Shown: positions 1-9,687, numbered from the stretch's first letter. The stretch is 64,000 bases of DNA from an uncultured Bacteroidales bacterium (GCA_963700275.1 CAVOWZ010000020.1:63855-127854), one strand, 5' to 3'. Translations and numbers: made by a program. The notes: generated by a model not told the origin, from the letters alone.

Positions 1-993
1 GCAGATGAAGTTGCTCTTGCAATCACGATCATTATCATAACCTATTTTTCAATTGTAATAGGAGAACTCGTTCCCAAAACAATTGCTTTAAGCAATCCGG
101 AAAAAATTGCCATAAGGACCGCTCCGGTCATCTCGTTTATTAGCAAATTCTTTTACCCTTTCATCAAATTCCTTTCTTCCTCCACTATGCTCACAGTAAA
201 GCTACTGGGCATTACCAGGAAAAGTGAACCCGTAACTGAAGCTGAGCTCCGGCAGATGATAAAGATTGCATCAAGGGAGGGAGTGATAGAAAAAGACCAG
301 AACAGGATCCATGAAAAAGTTTTTTATTTTTCCGATAAAAGGGCAAAACATATTATGACCCACCGCACTGAGGTGGAGTGGATCAACCTTAAAAAATCTG
401 AAGAATCAATCAGGTCGGAAATACTTGCAACCCGTCACAGTAAAATACTGTGCTGTAATGGTTCTCTGGAAAATTTCGTCGGGGTCCTCTTAATAAAAGA
501 TTACCTGATAGCCCTTAATTCCGGCAAAGCAGTAAAAATCCCGGATCTTCTTGTTCAGCCACTGATACTTCCTGACAGTTCTGATGCACATAATGTACTG
601 GATCTCTTCAAGAAAAAACTAACACAGTTCTGCGTTGTTGTTAATGAGTACGGAAGCTTTGAAGGCATTATTACCCTTCATGATATAATGGAAAACATAC
701 TCGGCGATCTTCCGGAAGAAGGAGAACCATATGAACCTGATATCTTCATAAGAGATGATAAATCCGTACTTGTTAACGGCGATGCTCCGGCAGAAATATT
801 AGACGGAATTATTGAAGGTTTTACAATCGATTTTGAAAAGGTCGACTATTCAACAGTAGCCGGATTTGTTTTCAGCAGAATCAACAAAATCCCGCAAATT
901 GGCGATAAAACAGAATATGCCGGTTATTCTATCGAGATAGTTGATATCGATGGCAACAGAATTGATAAGGTATTGATAAGAAAATTACCATAG
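1..993 (+). CDS. CNNM/HlyC/CorC-family transporter (DUF21 membrane region + CBS pair + CorC_HlyC domain), 5' end cut by window edge
   Basis: Frame 1 is open from nt 1 (..IVIGELVPKTIALSNPEKIA.., a DUF21-type GELVPK motif). It runs into the listed 187..993 ORF, whose C-terminal half has the CBS plus transporter-associated layout. Confidence 0.8.
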   Translation, partial: ADEVALAITIIIITYFSIVIGELVPKTIALSNPEKIAIRTAPVISFISKFFYPFIKFLSSSTMLTVKLLGITRKSEPVTEAELRQMIKIASREGVIEKDQNRIHEKVFYFSDKRAKHIMTHRTEVEWINLKKSEESIRSEILATRHSKILCCNGSLENFVGVLLIKDYLIALNSGKAVKIPDLLVQPLILPDSSDAHNVLDLFKKKLTQFCVVVNEYGSFEGIITLHDIMENILGDLPEEGEPYEPDIFIRDDKSVLVNGDAPAEILDGIIEGFTIDFEKVDYSTVAGFVFSRINKIPQIGDKTEYAGYSIEIVDIDGNRIDKVLIRKLP

Positions 994-1083
994 GCATTTT
1001 CTCCGCAAACCCTTCAATCGTATCTTAACGCCTTTTTGCCTCTGCTCCTCATAACCGTTAACTTAAAGGAGTTATTGGGATAA

Positions 1084-1300
1084 AAGTTTCCCCTCCTTTT
1101 TTTAAGGAGGGGTGGCCAGACAACGAAATCATCTAACGTACAGAAATATAAATGGTCTGGCCGGGGTGGTTGATTTATTTCTGAGAAATAAGTCCACTTC
1201 AACTGAATCCGTTTCAACCACCCCGGCCGGGAAAGCAGAAATGTAAACATTTCAAAATCAGCAATCCCGGCCACCCCTCCTTTAAAAGTAGGGGAAACTT
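1084..1300. repeat. 217-nt nested inverted-repeat element (MITE-like or structured RNA)
   Basis: Outer arms are 1084-1117 (aagtttcccctcctttttttaaggaggggtggcc) and 1269-1300 (reverse complement aagtttcccctacttttaaaggaggggtggcc). The inner perfect 15-nt inverted repeat is 1159-1173 ggccggggtggttga / 1214-1228 tcaaccaccccggcc. About 40 nt of non-complementary sequence lies on each side between the outer and inner stems. Confidence 0.6.
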
Positions 1301-1426
1301 ATTTGTTTATTAACCAGTTATTATGCATATTAAGACCTGAAAACTGAACAACCAAAGAAGATTTTCACGATATTTGAAATTGATTTCCCCGCACCCATTA
1401 AGAATATTTTTATCAAAATATTTCAG

Positions 1427-2896
1427 ATGATTAAAAAACTTATTTTCCCGGCGAAACTTTCCCTTGTATTCCTGACAACCCTGATTGTTTTTTCCTGTGC
1501 CGTTAATCCGGTCACCGGGAAAAGACAGATCATGCTTATGTCAGAAGAGCAGGAAATACAGATGGGGATAGCCTACGATCCCCAGGTAGTTGCAACTTTT
1601 GGGGAATACAGAAGTGACAATATTCTGAACTTCCTTGCGGCAAAGACAAAGGAAATGGGAACAATTTCCCACAGGCCCAACCTCCAGTATCACATTAAGA
1701 TCCTTGATTCCCCGGTAGTAAATGCTTTTGCTGTTCCGGGAGGATACATTTATCTTACCCGCGGTATCCTGGCCCAGTTGAATAACGAAGCGGAGCTCAT
1801 GGGTGTTGTCGGCCATGAAATGGGTCATATAACAGCCCGCCATTCTGTAAGCCAACAGTCCAAACAGCAACTTGGTCAGCTATTACTGATTGGAGGAATG
1901 ATCGCATCGGAGAAATTTGCCCAGTATGCAGAATATGCACTTCAGGGAATGCAACTTCTTTTCCTGAAATTCAGTCGCGACGATGAACGGCAGGCCGATG
2001 CACTGGGAGTTGAATACTCTTCAAAAATAAAATATGATGCTCATAAAATGGCCGACTTTTTCAATGTGCTTAATAAAATGAGCTTGGCCGAAAGCGAGGG
2101 AGGTGTACCTACTTTCCTTTCAACGCATCCGGATCCGGGCGATCGCTACAACACCGTAAATCAATTATCTACGGAATGGCAGTCGCAACTGGGCTCCTCT
2201 GACTGGAAGGTTAACCAGGACAGCTACCTTCAAATGATTGACGGTATAATATATGGTGAAGATCCGAGGCAGGGTTTTGTTGAAGGAAATACATTTTATC
2301 ATCCTGAGCTGAAATTTAAATATACCTACCCTGCAGGGTGGAAATATGAGAACACACCAACCCAGGTAAACATGGGGCCGGAGGATGGAAAAGCTCTGAT
2401 GGTATTTACACTCTCCCGTCAGAAAACGCTTCAGAACGCAGCTGACACTACTCTGCAGCAACTTGGACTGACACTTCTGGAAACAAAAAACACAACTGTA
2501 AACGGAATGCAGGCAAAGGCCACAATAGCCAGACAGGTTAACCAGGACCAGCAGTCAGGGCAGCAGACATCCAATATGGTGCTTACTTATTTTATCCAGT
2601 ACAGCCCTTACATTTATGTATTCCATGGCGTATCGGCTGAAGCTGATTTCAATGCATATTTCAAAATGATGGAATCATCAATGCTTACATTTGCGAGACT
2701 TACGGATCCGTCGAAGATAAATGTTAAACCCACCAAATTACTTGTAAGAAAGGTTCAGAAAACTTCTACACTAGGTAATGCCCTGACCTCATACAATGTA
2801 CCTCAGGCAAAGCTGGAGGAAGTTGCCCTGCTCAACAACATGGAACTGACCAGTACAGTACAGGCCGGTAAGCTGATCAAGGTGATAGGACAATAA
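1427..2896 (+). CDS. M48-family zinc metallopeptidase with lipoprotein-type signal
   Basis: HExxH zinc site in VVGHEMGHITARH. N-terminal hydrophobic signal ending ..LIVFSC. Length is typical of the BepA/YfgC-like M48 group. Confidence 0.85.
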   Translation: MIKKLIFPAKLSLVFLTTLIVFSCAVNPVTGKRQIMLMSEEQEIQMGIAYDPQVVATFGEYRSDNILNFLAAKTKEMGTISHRPNLQYHIKILDSPVVNAFAVPGGYIYLTRGILAQLNNEAELMGVVGHEMGHITARHSVSQQSKQQLGQLLLIGGMIASEKFAQYAEYALQGMQLLFLKFSRDDERQADALGVEYSSKIKYDAHKMADFFNVLNKMSLAESEGGVPTFLSTHPDPGDRYNTVNQLSTEWQSQLGSSDWKVNQDSYLQMIDGIIYGEDPRQGFVEGNTFYHPELKFKYTYPAGWKYENTPTQVNMGPEDGKALMVFTLSRQKTLQNAADTTLQQLGLTLLETKNTTVNGMQAKATIARQVNQDQQSGQQTSNMVLTYFIQYSPYIYVFHGVSAEADFNAYFKMMESSMLTFARLTDPSKINVKPTKLLVRKVQKTSTLGNALTSYNVPQAKLEEVALLNNMELTSTVQAGKLIKVIGQ

Positions 2897-2911
2897 TTAA
2901 TACTGATAAAT

Positions 2912-3886
2912 ATGGAATATTATAATTTTGGCCCGGCAGGAAAACCTCCGGATTGGAAGAAATACCTGCCCTATTACAAATATATCATATCGGCCATAGT
3001 ACTTGTGGTACTTCTTCTGATGACATTTTTCCAGATAAGGCCCGAGGAGGCAGGCGTTATAACCAGGTTCGGCAGGTATATCCGTACTGAGGAGTCCGGA
3101 CTTCATCTTAAATTGCCAATACTCGAAAGACTTTATAAGGTTGCAGTTGAGAGGCAGCACAAGGAGGAATTCGGTTTCCGCACTTTAAGCAGTAACGTAA
3201 GATCAGAATACACAAAATCCGGGACCGCGGATGAATCCCTTATGCTGACGGGTGACCTTAACCTGGCAGATGTGGAATGGGTAGTCCAGTACCGCATTGA
3301 GGATCCCTATAAATATCTTTTTAAAGTCAGGGAACCTGTAAACACCATGCGGGATATCTCCGAAGCGATAATGAGACAGATAGTAGGTGACCGGACAGTA
3401 AACGAGGTACTTACAGTCGGGAGAGCAGAGATTTCAAGCATTGTGCAACTGGAAATACAGAAACTATGTACAGAATACTTACTTGGAATAAAAATAGAAC
3501 AAGTGATACTTCAGGATGTAAATCCTCCTGATCCCGTTAAGGATGCGTTTAATGCAGTAAACCAGGCACAGCAGGAAAAAGAAACCCTTATCAACCAGGC
3601 CAGATCGGAGTACAATAAGATCATCCCCAGGGCAAGCGGTCAGGCCGAGGAAACAATTCAGAAAGCTGAGGGATATGCCACGGAGCGCGTAAATAATGCA
3701 CTTGGCGAAGCTACAAGGTTCAATGCGTTGTTCAGGGAGTACATCAAAGCTCCTACAGTCACCAAACAGAGATTGTACCTCGAAACTATGCAGACCGTCA
3801 TTCCCCGGCTCGGAAACAAGATCATAACCGATGAGGATGGTAATAATGTTCTGCCGCTGCTTCAAATGCAAATGAATAACAAATAA
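2912..3886 (+). CDS. hflK: SPFH/band-7 protein, FtsH modulator HflK
   Basis: N-terminal TM segment followed by an SPFH domain (GVITRFGRY.., LNLADVEWVVQYRI). It is immediately followed by an HflC-like paralog. Confidence 0.8.
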   Translation: MEYYNFGPAGKPPDWKKYLPYYKYIISAIVLVVLLLMTFFQIRPEEAGVITRFGRYIRTEESGLHLKLPILERLYKVAVERQHKEEFGFRTLSSNVRSEYTKSGTADESLMLTGDLNLADVEWVVQYRIEDPYKYLFKVREPVNTMRDISEAIMRQIVGDRTVNEVLTVGRAEISSIVQLEIQKLCTEYLLGIKIEQVILQDVNPPDPVKDAFNAVNQAQQEKETLINQARSEYNKIIPRASGQAEETIQKAEGYATERVNNALGEATRFNALFREYIKAPTVTKQRLYLETMQTVIPRLGNKIITDEDGNNVLPLLQMQMNNK

Positions 3887-3897
3887 TACGGATAATC

Positions 3898-4842
3898 ATG
3901 CAATACAAGAAGATAATAATACAACTGGCTGTTGCAATTGTTGCACTGATCCTGATCCTCGAAACCGTTTTCATGGTTAAAGAAACTGAACAGGTAGTAA
4001 TAACCCAGTTCGGTAAACCAGTGGGTGATGCAAAAACAACCCCGGGACTTAAAATAAAGGTACCCTTCATCCAGAGAAAAAATTATTTTGAAAAAAGATA
4101 TATGGAGTGGGATGGCGATCCCAACCAGGTGCCTACCAAGGATAAAAAATTCATCTTTGTCGACACCTATGCCCGCTGGCAGATAACCGATCCGCTGCAA
4201 TTCTTCAAGCGTTTAACTGACGAAAGAGGCGCTCAGTCGAGACTCGCTGATATCCTCGACGGAGAAACCCGTGACTATATAGCAAATCATGATCTTGAGG
4301 AAGTTGTAAGATCAGTTAACAGGACACCCATTTCGTCCGGTTCTGTCAGTGAAGAAGTTGGAGATACTCTTGCGGTTATCGAAGAAGGCAGGCTTAAAAT
4401 CCAGGAAAAGATCCTGGTATCATCAAATCAGAAAGCCAGTGATCTCGGCATCGTAATACTTGACGTACGTATCAAGCGTCTCAACTATGTAACTGAAGTA
4501 CAGACTCAGGTCTACGAACGAATGAAAAGCGAAAGATTCCGTATAGCCGAGAAATTCAGATCTGAAGGCGCCGGTGAAGCTTCAAAGATCAACGGAGAAA
4601 AAGAAAGGGACCTGAAGACCATTCAATCAGAAGCTTACCGTAAGGCAGAAGAGATCAGAGGTCAGGCCGATGCAAGAGCAACCTCAATTTATGCAGGCGC
4701 TTATAACCAGTCGACAGCTTCCCAGAATCTTTACACTTTTATGAAATCGATGGAAACATTCGAAAAGACATTTGATACTACAACAACAATCATTCTTTCA
4801 ACCAGGAGTGAATTATATAAATACCTTATTAACATTAACTAA
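3898..4842 (+). CDS. hflC: SPFH/band-7 protein, FtsH modulator HflC
   Basis: TM segment plus SPFH domain (VVITQFGKPVG.., ILDVRIKRLNY). It is paired with hflK across an 11-nt gap. Confidence 0.8.
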   Translation: MQYKKIIIQLAVAIVALILILETVFMVKETEQVVITQFGKPVGDAKTTPGLKIKVPFIQRKNYFEKRYMEWDGDPNQVPTKDKKFIFVDTYARWQITDPLQFFKRLTDERGAQSRLADILDGETRDYIANHDLEEVVRSVNRTPISSGSVSEEVGDTLAVIEEGRLKIQEKILVSSNQKASDLGIVILDVRIKRLNYVTEVQTQVYERMKSERFRIAEKFRSEGAGEASKINGEKERDLKTIQSEAYRKAEEIRGQADARATSIYAGAYNQSTASQNLYTFMKSMETFEKTFDTTTTIILSTRSELYKYLININ

Positions 4843-4865
4843 TCCTAATTTCAATAAAATCTTAT

Positions 4866-6122
4866 ATGCAAATGAAGCTCCTCCTCGCAATGGTCTGCTG
4901 TATTATGATGATCAATCCTCTGTTCGCTCAGAAATATAATATAATTGTTAAGGGCGGCCACGTTATAGATCCTAAAAACAATATTAATGAAGTCATGGAT
5001 ATAGCCGTCAAAGACGGCAGAATAGCCATGGTAGCCAAAAACATTGATCCAAAAGAAGGAATACAGGTAGTGAATGCCGGTGGATTCTATGTAACACCCG
5101 GCCTAATCGACATGCATGTACATGTTTATCAGGGCACTAACCTCGATCAGCAATATATGAACGGCCCGGCTTCGGTAACACCTGACGGTTTTACATTCCG
5201 CGTTGGCGTTACAACAGTTGTTGATGCCGGATGTGCAGGGTGGAGGACCTACCCCGATTTTAAGAAAAATATCATTGACAGATCACAAACACGTGTGCTG
5301 GCCTTCCTCAATATTGTCGGTGACGGAATGAGAGGCGGACCTTTCGAACAGAACCTCAAGGACATGGATCCAAAAGTAACCGGTCAGTATGCAATTAAAA
5401 ACCGGGAGGAGATTGTAGGGATCAAGCTGGCACACTATTCCGGCCATGAATGGGAACCTACTGACCGGACTGTGGAAGCAGGGAAAATCTCAGACATGCC
5501 GGTAATGATCGATTTCGGTGGTGCAGATCCTCCCCTCTCCATCGAAGAACTCTTCATGAAACATCTGCGCCCTGGAGATATTTTCACCCATTGTTTTGCC
5601 CAGCTTGCAAACGGCAGGGAGTATGTTGTTGATCCTGTTGCCGGAAAAGTGAAACCATTCGTATGGGACGCGATCAAAAGAGGTATAATTTTCGATATCG
5701 GTTACGGAGGAATCAGCTTTGCGTACTCCCAGGGTATCCCGGCTGTAAAAAGCGGATTATACCCCCATGTGATAAGTACCGATTTGCACATTGGCAGTAT
5801 GAATGCAGCAATGAAGGATCTTCTTACAACCATGTCAAAATTCCTGGCTATGGGAATGGATCTGCAAAGTGTGATCAAAGCAACAACTTCCGAACCTGCA
5901 CGTGTAATCAAAAAGGAAGAATTAGGCAATCTGTCAGTAGGTTCCGATGCTGACATTACTGTACTGAACCTTAGAAAGGGAAAATTCGGATTATTCGATC
6001 ATACAGGTTATAAACTGGAAGCCGACAAAAAGTTTGAATGTGAAATGACAATCAGAGCCGGCCGGATCGTTTATGACCTCAATGGTATTGCAAATCCCGT
6101 AATAGTATCCGGCAGGAGATAA
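4866..6122 (+). CDS. Exported amidohydrolase/deacetylase-family metallohydrolase (dihydroorotase-like fold), paralog 1
   Basis: Sec-type signal (..MMINPLFAQ). Metal-binding DMHVHV motif, later THCF, FDIGYGG, ISTDLH and GSDADITVLN motifs typical of the amidohydrolase superfamily. Confidence 0.8.
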   Translation: MQMKLLLAMVCCIMMINPLFAQKYNIIVKGGHVIDPKNNINEVMDIAVKDGRIAMVAKNIDPKEGIQVVNAGGFYVTPGLIDMHVHVYQGTNLDQQYMNGPASVTPDGFTFRVGVTTVVDAGCAGWRTYPDFKKNIIDRSQTRVLAFLNIVGDGMRGGPFEQNLKDMDPKVTGQYAIKNREEIVGIKLAHYSGHEWEPTDRTVEAGKISDMPVMIDFGGADPPLSIEELFMKHLRPGDIFTHCFAQLANGREYVVDPVAGKVKPFVWDAIKRGIIFDIGYGGISFAYSQGIPAVKSGLYPHVISTDLHIGSMNAAMKDLLTTMSKFLAMGMDLQSVIKATTSEPARVIKKEELGNLSVGSDADITVLNLRKGKFGLFDHTGYKLEADKKFECEMTIRAGRIVYDLNGIANPVIVSGRR

Positions 6123-6192
6123 TCTTTTTACAATTAATCCAATATAACCATTGTTAACCATGAATAAATCGAGTGTCATAAAAGTATATTTA

Positions 6193-6265
6193 TTACCCCC
6201 TTCCCGGCCTTCCCCCAGGGGGAAGGACACTATTTCCCCCCTGGGGGAAATAAGAAAGGGGGTAA
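6193..6265. repeat. 73-nt G/C-run palindromic element, copy 1
   Basis: ttacccccttcccggccttcccccagggggaaggacactatttcccccctgggggaaataagaaagggggtaa. Its reverse complement matches 14162-14234 at 69/73 positions, and all 4 mismatches fall in the central 11 nt. Confidence 0.85.
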
Positions 6266-6362
6266 AAAATACGAAATAAGAATTGTAGGATAATTTTTTA
6301 TTCCTGAACAAACAAAAATTTAATAAATAACACAATTTATCTCACACTTAAATCAAATTATT

Positions 6363-6827
6363 ATGAAAACTGAAAGAAGATCTGCATTAAAGAAAATGTT
6401 CGCATCTGTTCTGGGTTTGGCCGGAGCAGGAATGGCAGTAAAAGCCGGAACCGGTATTAGGGAAGAAAAAGAGGCTGATAATATAACAAGCTTCCAGAAT
6501 GCCCCCCTGTTCTCGGGCCATACCAAGTTCGGTAATCTGGTATTCGTTGCCGGGAAAGGCGCTCATGTAGAACCATTCACCATCAAGGCTCATACCGAGA
6601 TAGTACTGAAAGAACTTGAGAACGAACTTATTAAAGCCGGTTCCTCTATGGAGAAGGTACTTAAGGTAAACGTTTATCTTAATGATATTGCAGATTACCA
6701 GGGCATGAATGAAGCTTATAAGGGTCGTTTCGGAAGCAAGCCTCCCGTGCGCACAACTGTTGCAGTGGCAAAAGGCGGAGTTCCCGGAAATTCGCTCGTC
6801 GAGATGGATTGCATAGCTTATATTTAA
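6363..6827 (+). CDS. RidA/YjgF/L-PSP-family enamine/imine deaminase with twin-arginine signal
   Basis: N-terminus MKTERRSALKKMFASVLGLAGAGMAV (RR followed by a hydrophobic stretch). Body has RidA-type motifs (VFVAGKGA.., VNVYLNDIADYQGMNEAY.., PVRTTVAV). Confidence 0.85.
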   Translation: MKTERRSALKKMFASVLGLAGAGMAVKAGTGIREEKEADNITSFQNAPLFSGHTKFGNLVFVAGKGAHVEPFTIKAHTEIVLKELENELIKAGSSMEKVLKVNVYLNDIADYQGMNEAYKGRFGSKPPVRTTVAVAKGGVPGNSLVEMDCIAYI

Positions 6828-6840
6828 TAATTTATCAGGT

Positions 6841-8049
6841 ATGAAACGCAGAGAAGCCATAAAAGGTCTTGCCATTCTGCCAGTTGCAGGGGCAGTGCTG
6901 GGCGCATCTTATCCTATAAGTCCGCTCATTGCTGCTCCTCCAAAACGTGATCTGTTCAGTGAGCTTGGATTAAGGAAGTTCATCAATGCAGCGGGCACCT
7001 ATACGTTTATGACGGGATCACTTCTCCCGGAAGAGGTTGTTGAAGCTATGGTGGCTGCTTCAAAAGAATTTGTGCTTCTAGATGATGTTCAGGACAAAGT
7101 TGGTGAGAGAATAGCTGCAATCTGTCATGCAGAAGCCGCTACGGTAACTGCAGGATGCTGGTCGGCAATGGTTCTCGGTACTGCAGGAGTACTGACGGGA
7201 AAAGATCAGAAAAAAATATCACTGCTGCCGGACGTCAGCAGCATGAAATCTGAGGTTATAACCCAGAACAGTCATAACTCGGGCTATGTTCATGCTCTAA
7301 AAAATACAGGTGTAAAAATTGTGGCAGTGGAAACTGCTCAGGAGCTTGAAAATGCAATAAATGAGAAGACAGCCATGCTCTGGTTCCTGAATTATGCTGC
7401 TCCATCAGGGAGTATTCAGCATCAGGAATTTGTAGCTCTGGGCAAAAAACATAATATCCCCGTAATGATCGATATAGCCGCAGATGTACCCCCGGTTGAA
7501 AATCTTTGGAAATACAACGACATGGGATTTGACCTGGTATGCATCTCGGGAGGAAAAGCTTTACGTGGTCCTCAGAGCGCCGGGATCCTGATGGGAAAAA
7601 AGGATCTCATCGAAGCGGCAAGACTGAATGCGCCTCCGCGGGGTGGAAATATCGGCCGTGGTATGAAGGTGAATAAGGAAGAAGTTTTCGGTATGTATGC
7701 AGCTATTGAAAGATATATCAATATCGATCATGAAAAGGAATGGAAGATCTGGGAAGAACGTGTAGCAGTTATTGAAAATGCTGCCAAAAAAGTAAGTGGT
7801 GTAACAACAACTGTCACCGTCCCTCCTATTGCCAATCACACACCCACTCTGACTATTTCGTGGGACATAAACAAGATCAAAGTAACCCGCGAAGAATTCC
7901 AGGACAGGTTACGAAAGGGTATTCCTTCTGTTGAAGTGGTTGCAGGGAAGGATAACAGCATAAACATAACGGTTTTCATGCTGGAACCAAAGCAGGAAAA
8001 GATAGTTGCAGCACGTATCTATGAGGAGCTGAGCAAAGCTTCGTTATGA
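6841..8049 (+). CDS. SelA/DgaE-like PLP-dependent enzyme with twin-arginine signal
   Basis: MKRREAIKGLAILPVAGAVLGA signal. The DLVCISGGKALRGPQSAGILMGKKDLI motif parallels the PLP-lysine region of the L-seryl-tRNA(Sec) selenium transferase family. Confidence 0.75.
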   Translation: MKRREAIKGLAILPVAGAVLGASYPISPLIAAPPKRDLFSELGLRKFINAAGTYTFMTGSLLPEEVVEAMVAASKEFVLLDDVQDKVGERIAAICHAEAATVTAGCWSAMVLGTAGVLTGKDQKKISLLPDVSSMKSEVITQNSHNSGYVHALKNTGVKIVAVETAQELENAINEKTAMLWFLNYAAPSGSIQHQEFVALGKKHNIPVMIDIAADVPPVENLWKYNDMGFDLVCISGGKALRGPQSAGILMGKKDLIEAARLNAPPRGGNIGRGMKVNKEEVFGMYAAIERYINIDHEKEWKIWEERVAVIENAAKKVSGVTTTVTVPPIANHTPTLTISWDINKIKVTREEFQDRLRKGIPSVEVVAGKDNSINITVFMLEPKQEKIVAARIYEELSKASL

Positions 8050-8085
8050 AATATATGACCTGATTGTAGCCTGTTAAGGAAGTTA

Positions 8086-9687
8086 TCAGGTATAGATCAC
8101 CATTTCACGTTCGGCATCCCATCCCATGCCTTTCACGTACATTGTGTACATGCCGGGCTGAGAGAATCCGTCCCAGACGACTTCATGTTTTCCGGGTTCG
8201 AGTCCGTCGGCTTTAAGGTGCCATACGACATCGCCGTAACGGTTCTTAATATCTACATATACATCGCTCTCTTCAGGAACATTCACTTCCATTACGATAC
8301 CGTTCCCGTTATCGGCACCCAGGGCTTTTATTGAGGGCTGGCTGTCGGAAGCGATCTTACCTGTTTTCCATGAAGTGTAATCAAATGGTTCATCAACCAT
8401 GTGATACTGATCTTCGGTCAGTCCGTCATAATTCTTTCTCATATAGAGAGTGAGCAGAGGTGTACGCTTAAAAGTGTCGAGACTGACCTTTTTAGCCTTT
8501 CCGTCCTCCCACAGGTAAACGGGTATGTCAAAAGGATTGAGCACATTGGATACCCCACGTTCGATTCCGATATGGAAGAGTCCGAAATTTCCCGGTTCAT
8601 GGCCTGCCAGCCAGTGGGCAATGATATCCACCCTGAAAGCATCTTTCCCGAAAATTACGTTATTGCTCATAAAATTCATTGGCTTTCCGTTATGAGGACC
8701 ACCTGAAAAACCGTCCCCGTCGCGGCCATAAACACCCTCCACTATATTTATCCCTGTCGGAGCAACACTGTAAGCATCGATCATTCTCTGTATCCAGTGT
8801 TCCATGAAAATACCGCCACCATAAGGCGGTCTCTCCTGGCGACTTTTCCACCTGGGCATCCCCTGATCTTCATGTTTCTTCTGAAGCTCGGTTATTCTGT
8901 CTATATAATCCGGCTGGAAGAACTTATGATAACGCTGGTCATAGGTCTTGAAAATATCATAATGACCGCCGCAGAACTGATGAAATTTTCTGCCTGTCAT
9001 TCCCTGCAGATTCTTAATCGCACCGGTTATCCCCATCTGGTGCGATTTTAGCTTGGCGATATTGATAAGGAAAGTATCTTCAGCAGTCATTGGCGCCATA
9101 AAACCAACTTCCTTGAAAACCACCCCGTCCACCTTCCTGAATAATATATCCCCTTCTGCCAGATCCCAATAGTCTTTTGAGCTGAGTTCCCTCAGGTCAA
9201 AATCATTTCTCTGAGCCATGGCGGTATAACCGGCTGCTTCCCATTGATGGGGACAAGCGCACTCTCTCAGGTAGAATTTTTCAGGACCAAAATTTTTCAC
9301 CGATTTCAGGAATCCTTCAATAAAATTCAGATCTGTGGTTATTCCCAGCTGAGAATCTGGATTTTTCGGATCGATTCTTCCTGTACATGTCCAGTTAGGC
9401 TTGCAGGTTATCCTTGTTGATGAAGGGTAGCCTTTCCCGTCAGTGGTTCTGATGAACATCTCTCCTGCCAGCTTAAATGCGGCATCATGAATTGCCTGCC
9501 TGTCATTGGGAGCAGAGGCTGATGTCAGATTAATAAAAACAGCTTCAGGATGTTCCTTAATAAAAGGATGAAGGTCAAAACCCTGACCGCTCATCCCGTA
9601 AGCACCTGAAACAGGATTGTATGCCGGATTAATAAGTCCCATTACTCCTGCTGCTGAAGAGACTTTAATGAAGTCGCGTCTTTTCAT
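8086..9687 (-). CDS. DUF362-domain protein with twin-arginine signal and C-terminal Ig-like beta-sandwich
   Basis: MKRRDFIKVSSAAGVMGL signal. DUF362-type motifs CKPNW and AKLKSHQMGITGAIKNLQG. The C-terminal ~80 aa (..EPGKHEVVWDGFSQPGMYTMYV..) resembles FlgD-Ig / T9SS-CTD-like sandwiches. Confidence 0.7.
   Translation of the reverse strand: MKRRDFIKVSSAAGVMGLINPAYNPVSGAYGMSGQGFDLHPFIKEHPEAVFINLTSASAPNDRQAIHDAAFKLAGEMFIRTTDGKGYPSSTRITCKPNWTCTGRIDPKNPDSQLGITTDLNFIEGFLKSVKNFGPEKFYLRECACPHQWEAAGYTAMAQRNDFDLRELSSKDYWDLAEGDILFRKVDGVVFKEVGFMAPMTAEDTFLINIAKLKSHQMGITGAIKNLQGMTGRKFHQFCGGHYDIFKTYDQRYHKFFQPDYIDRITELQKKHEDQGMPRWKSRQERPPYGGGIFMEHWIQRMIDAYSVAPTGINIVEGVYGRDGDGFSGGPHNGKPMNFMSNNVIFGKDAFRVDIIAHWLAGHEPGNFGLFHIGIERGVSNVLNPFDIPVYLWEDGKAKKVSLDTFKRTPLLTLYMRKNYDGLTEDQYHMVDEPFDYTSWKTGKIASDSQPSIKALGADNGNGIVMEVNVPEESDVYVDIKNRYGDVVWHLKADGLEPGKHEVVWDGFSQPGMYTMYVKGMGWDAEREMVIYT

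Noticed and set aside
1014-1274. 86-aa minus-strand ORF in the first intergenic region
   Set aside because: It lies entirely within the nested inverted-repeat element. Its sequence (..PGWLKR.., ..PPRPD..) is what the G/C-rich palindromes encode by chance, and there is no start context or homology.
6387-6875. Long antisense ORFs opposite confident genes. Others are 21008..21472, 28496..28975, 33659..34138, 35876..36355, 36103..36561 and 62077..62559.
   Set aside because: All are fully nested in, or mirror, strongly supported genes (RidA, Yip1, GT2, gltB, gltD, M28). They have no recognisable motifs and are typical shadow ORFs.
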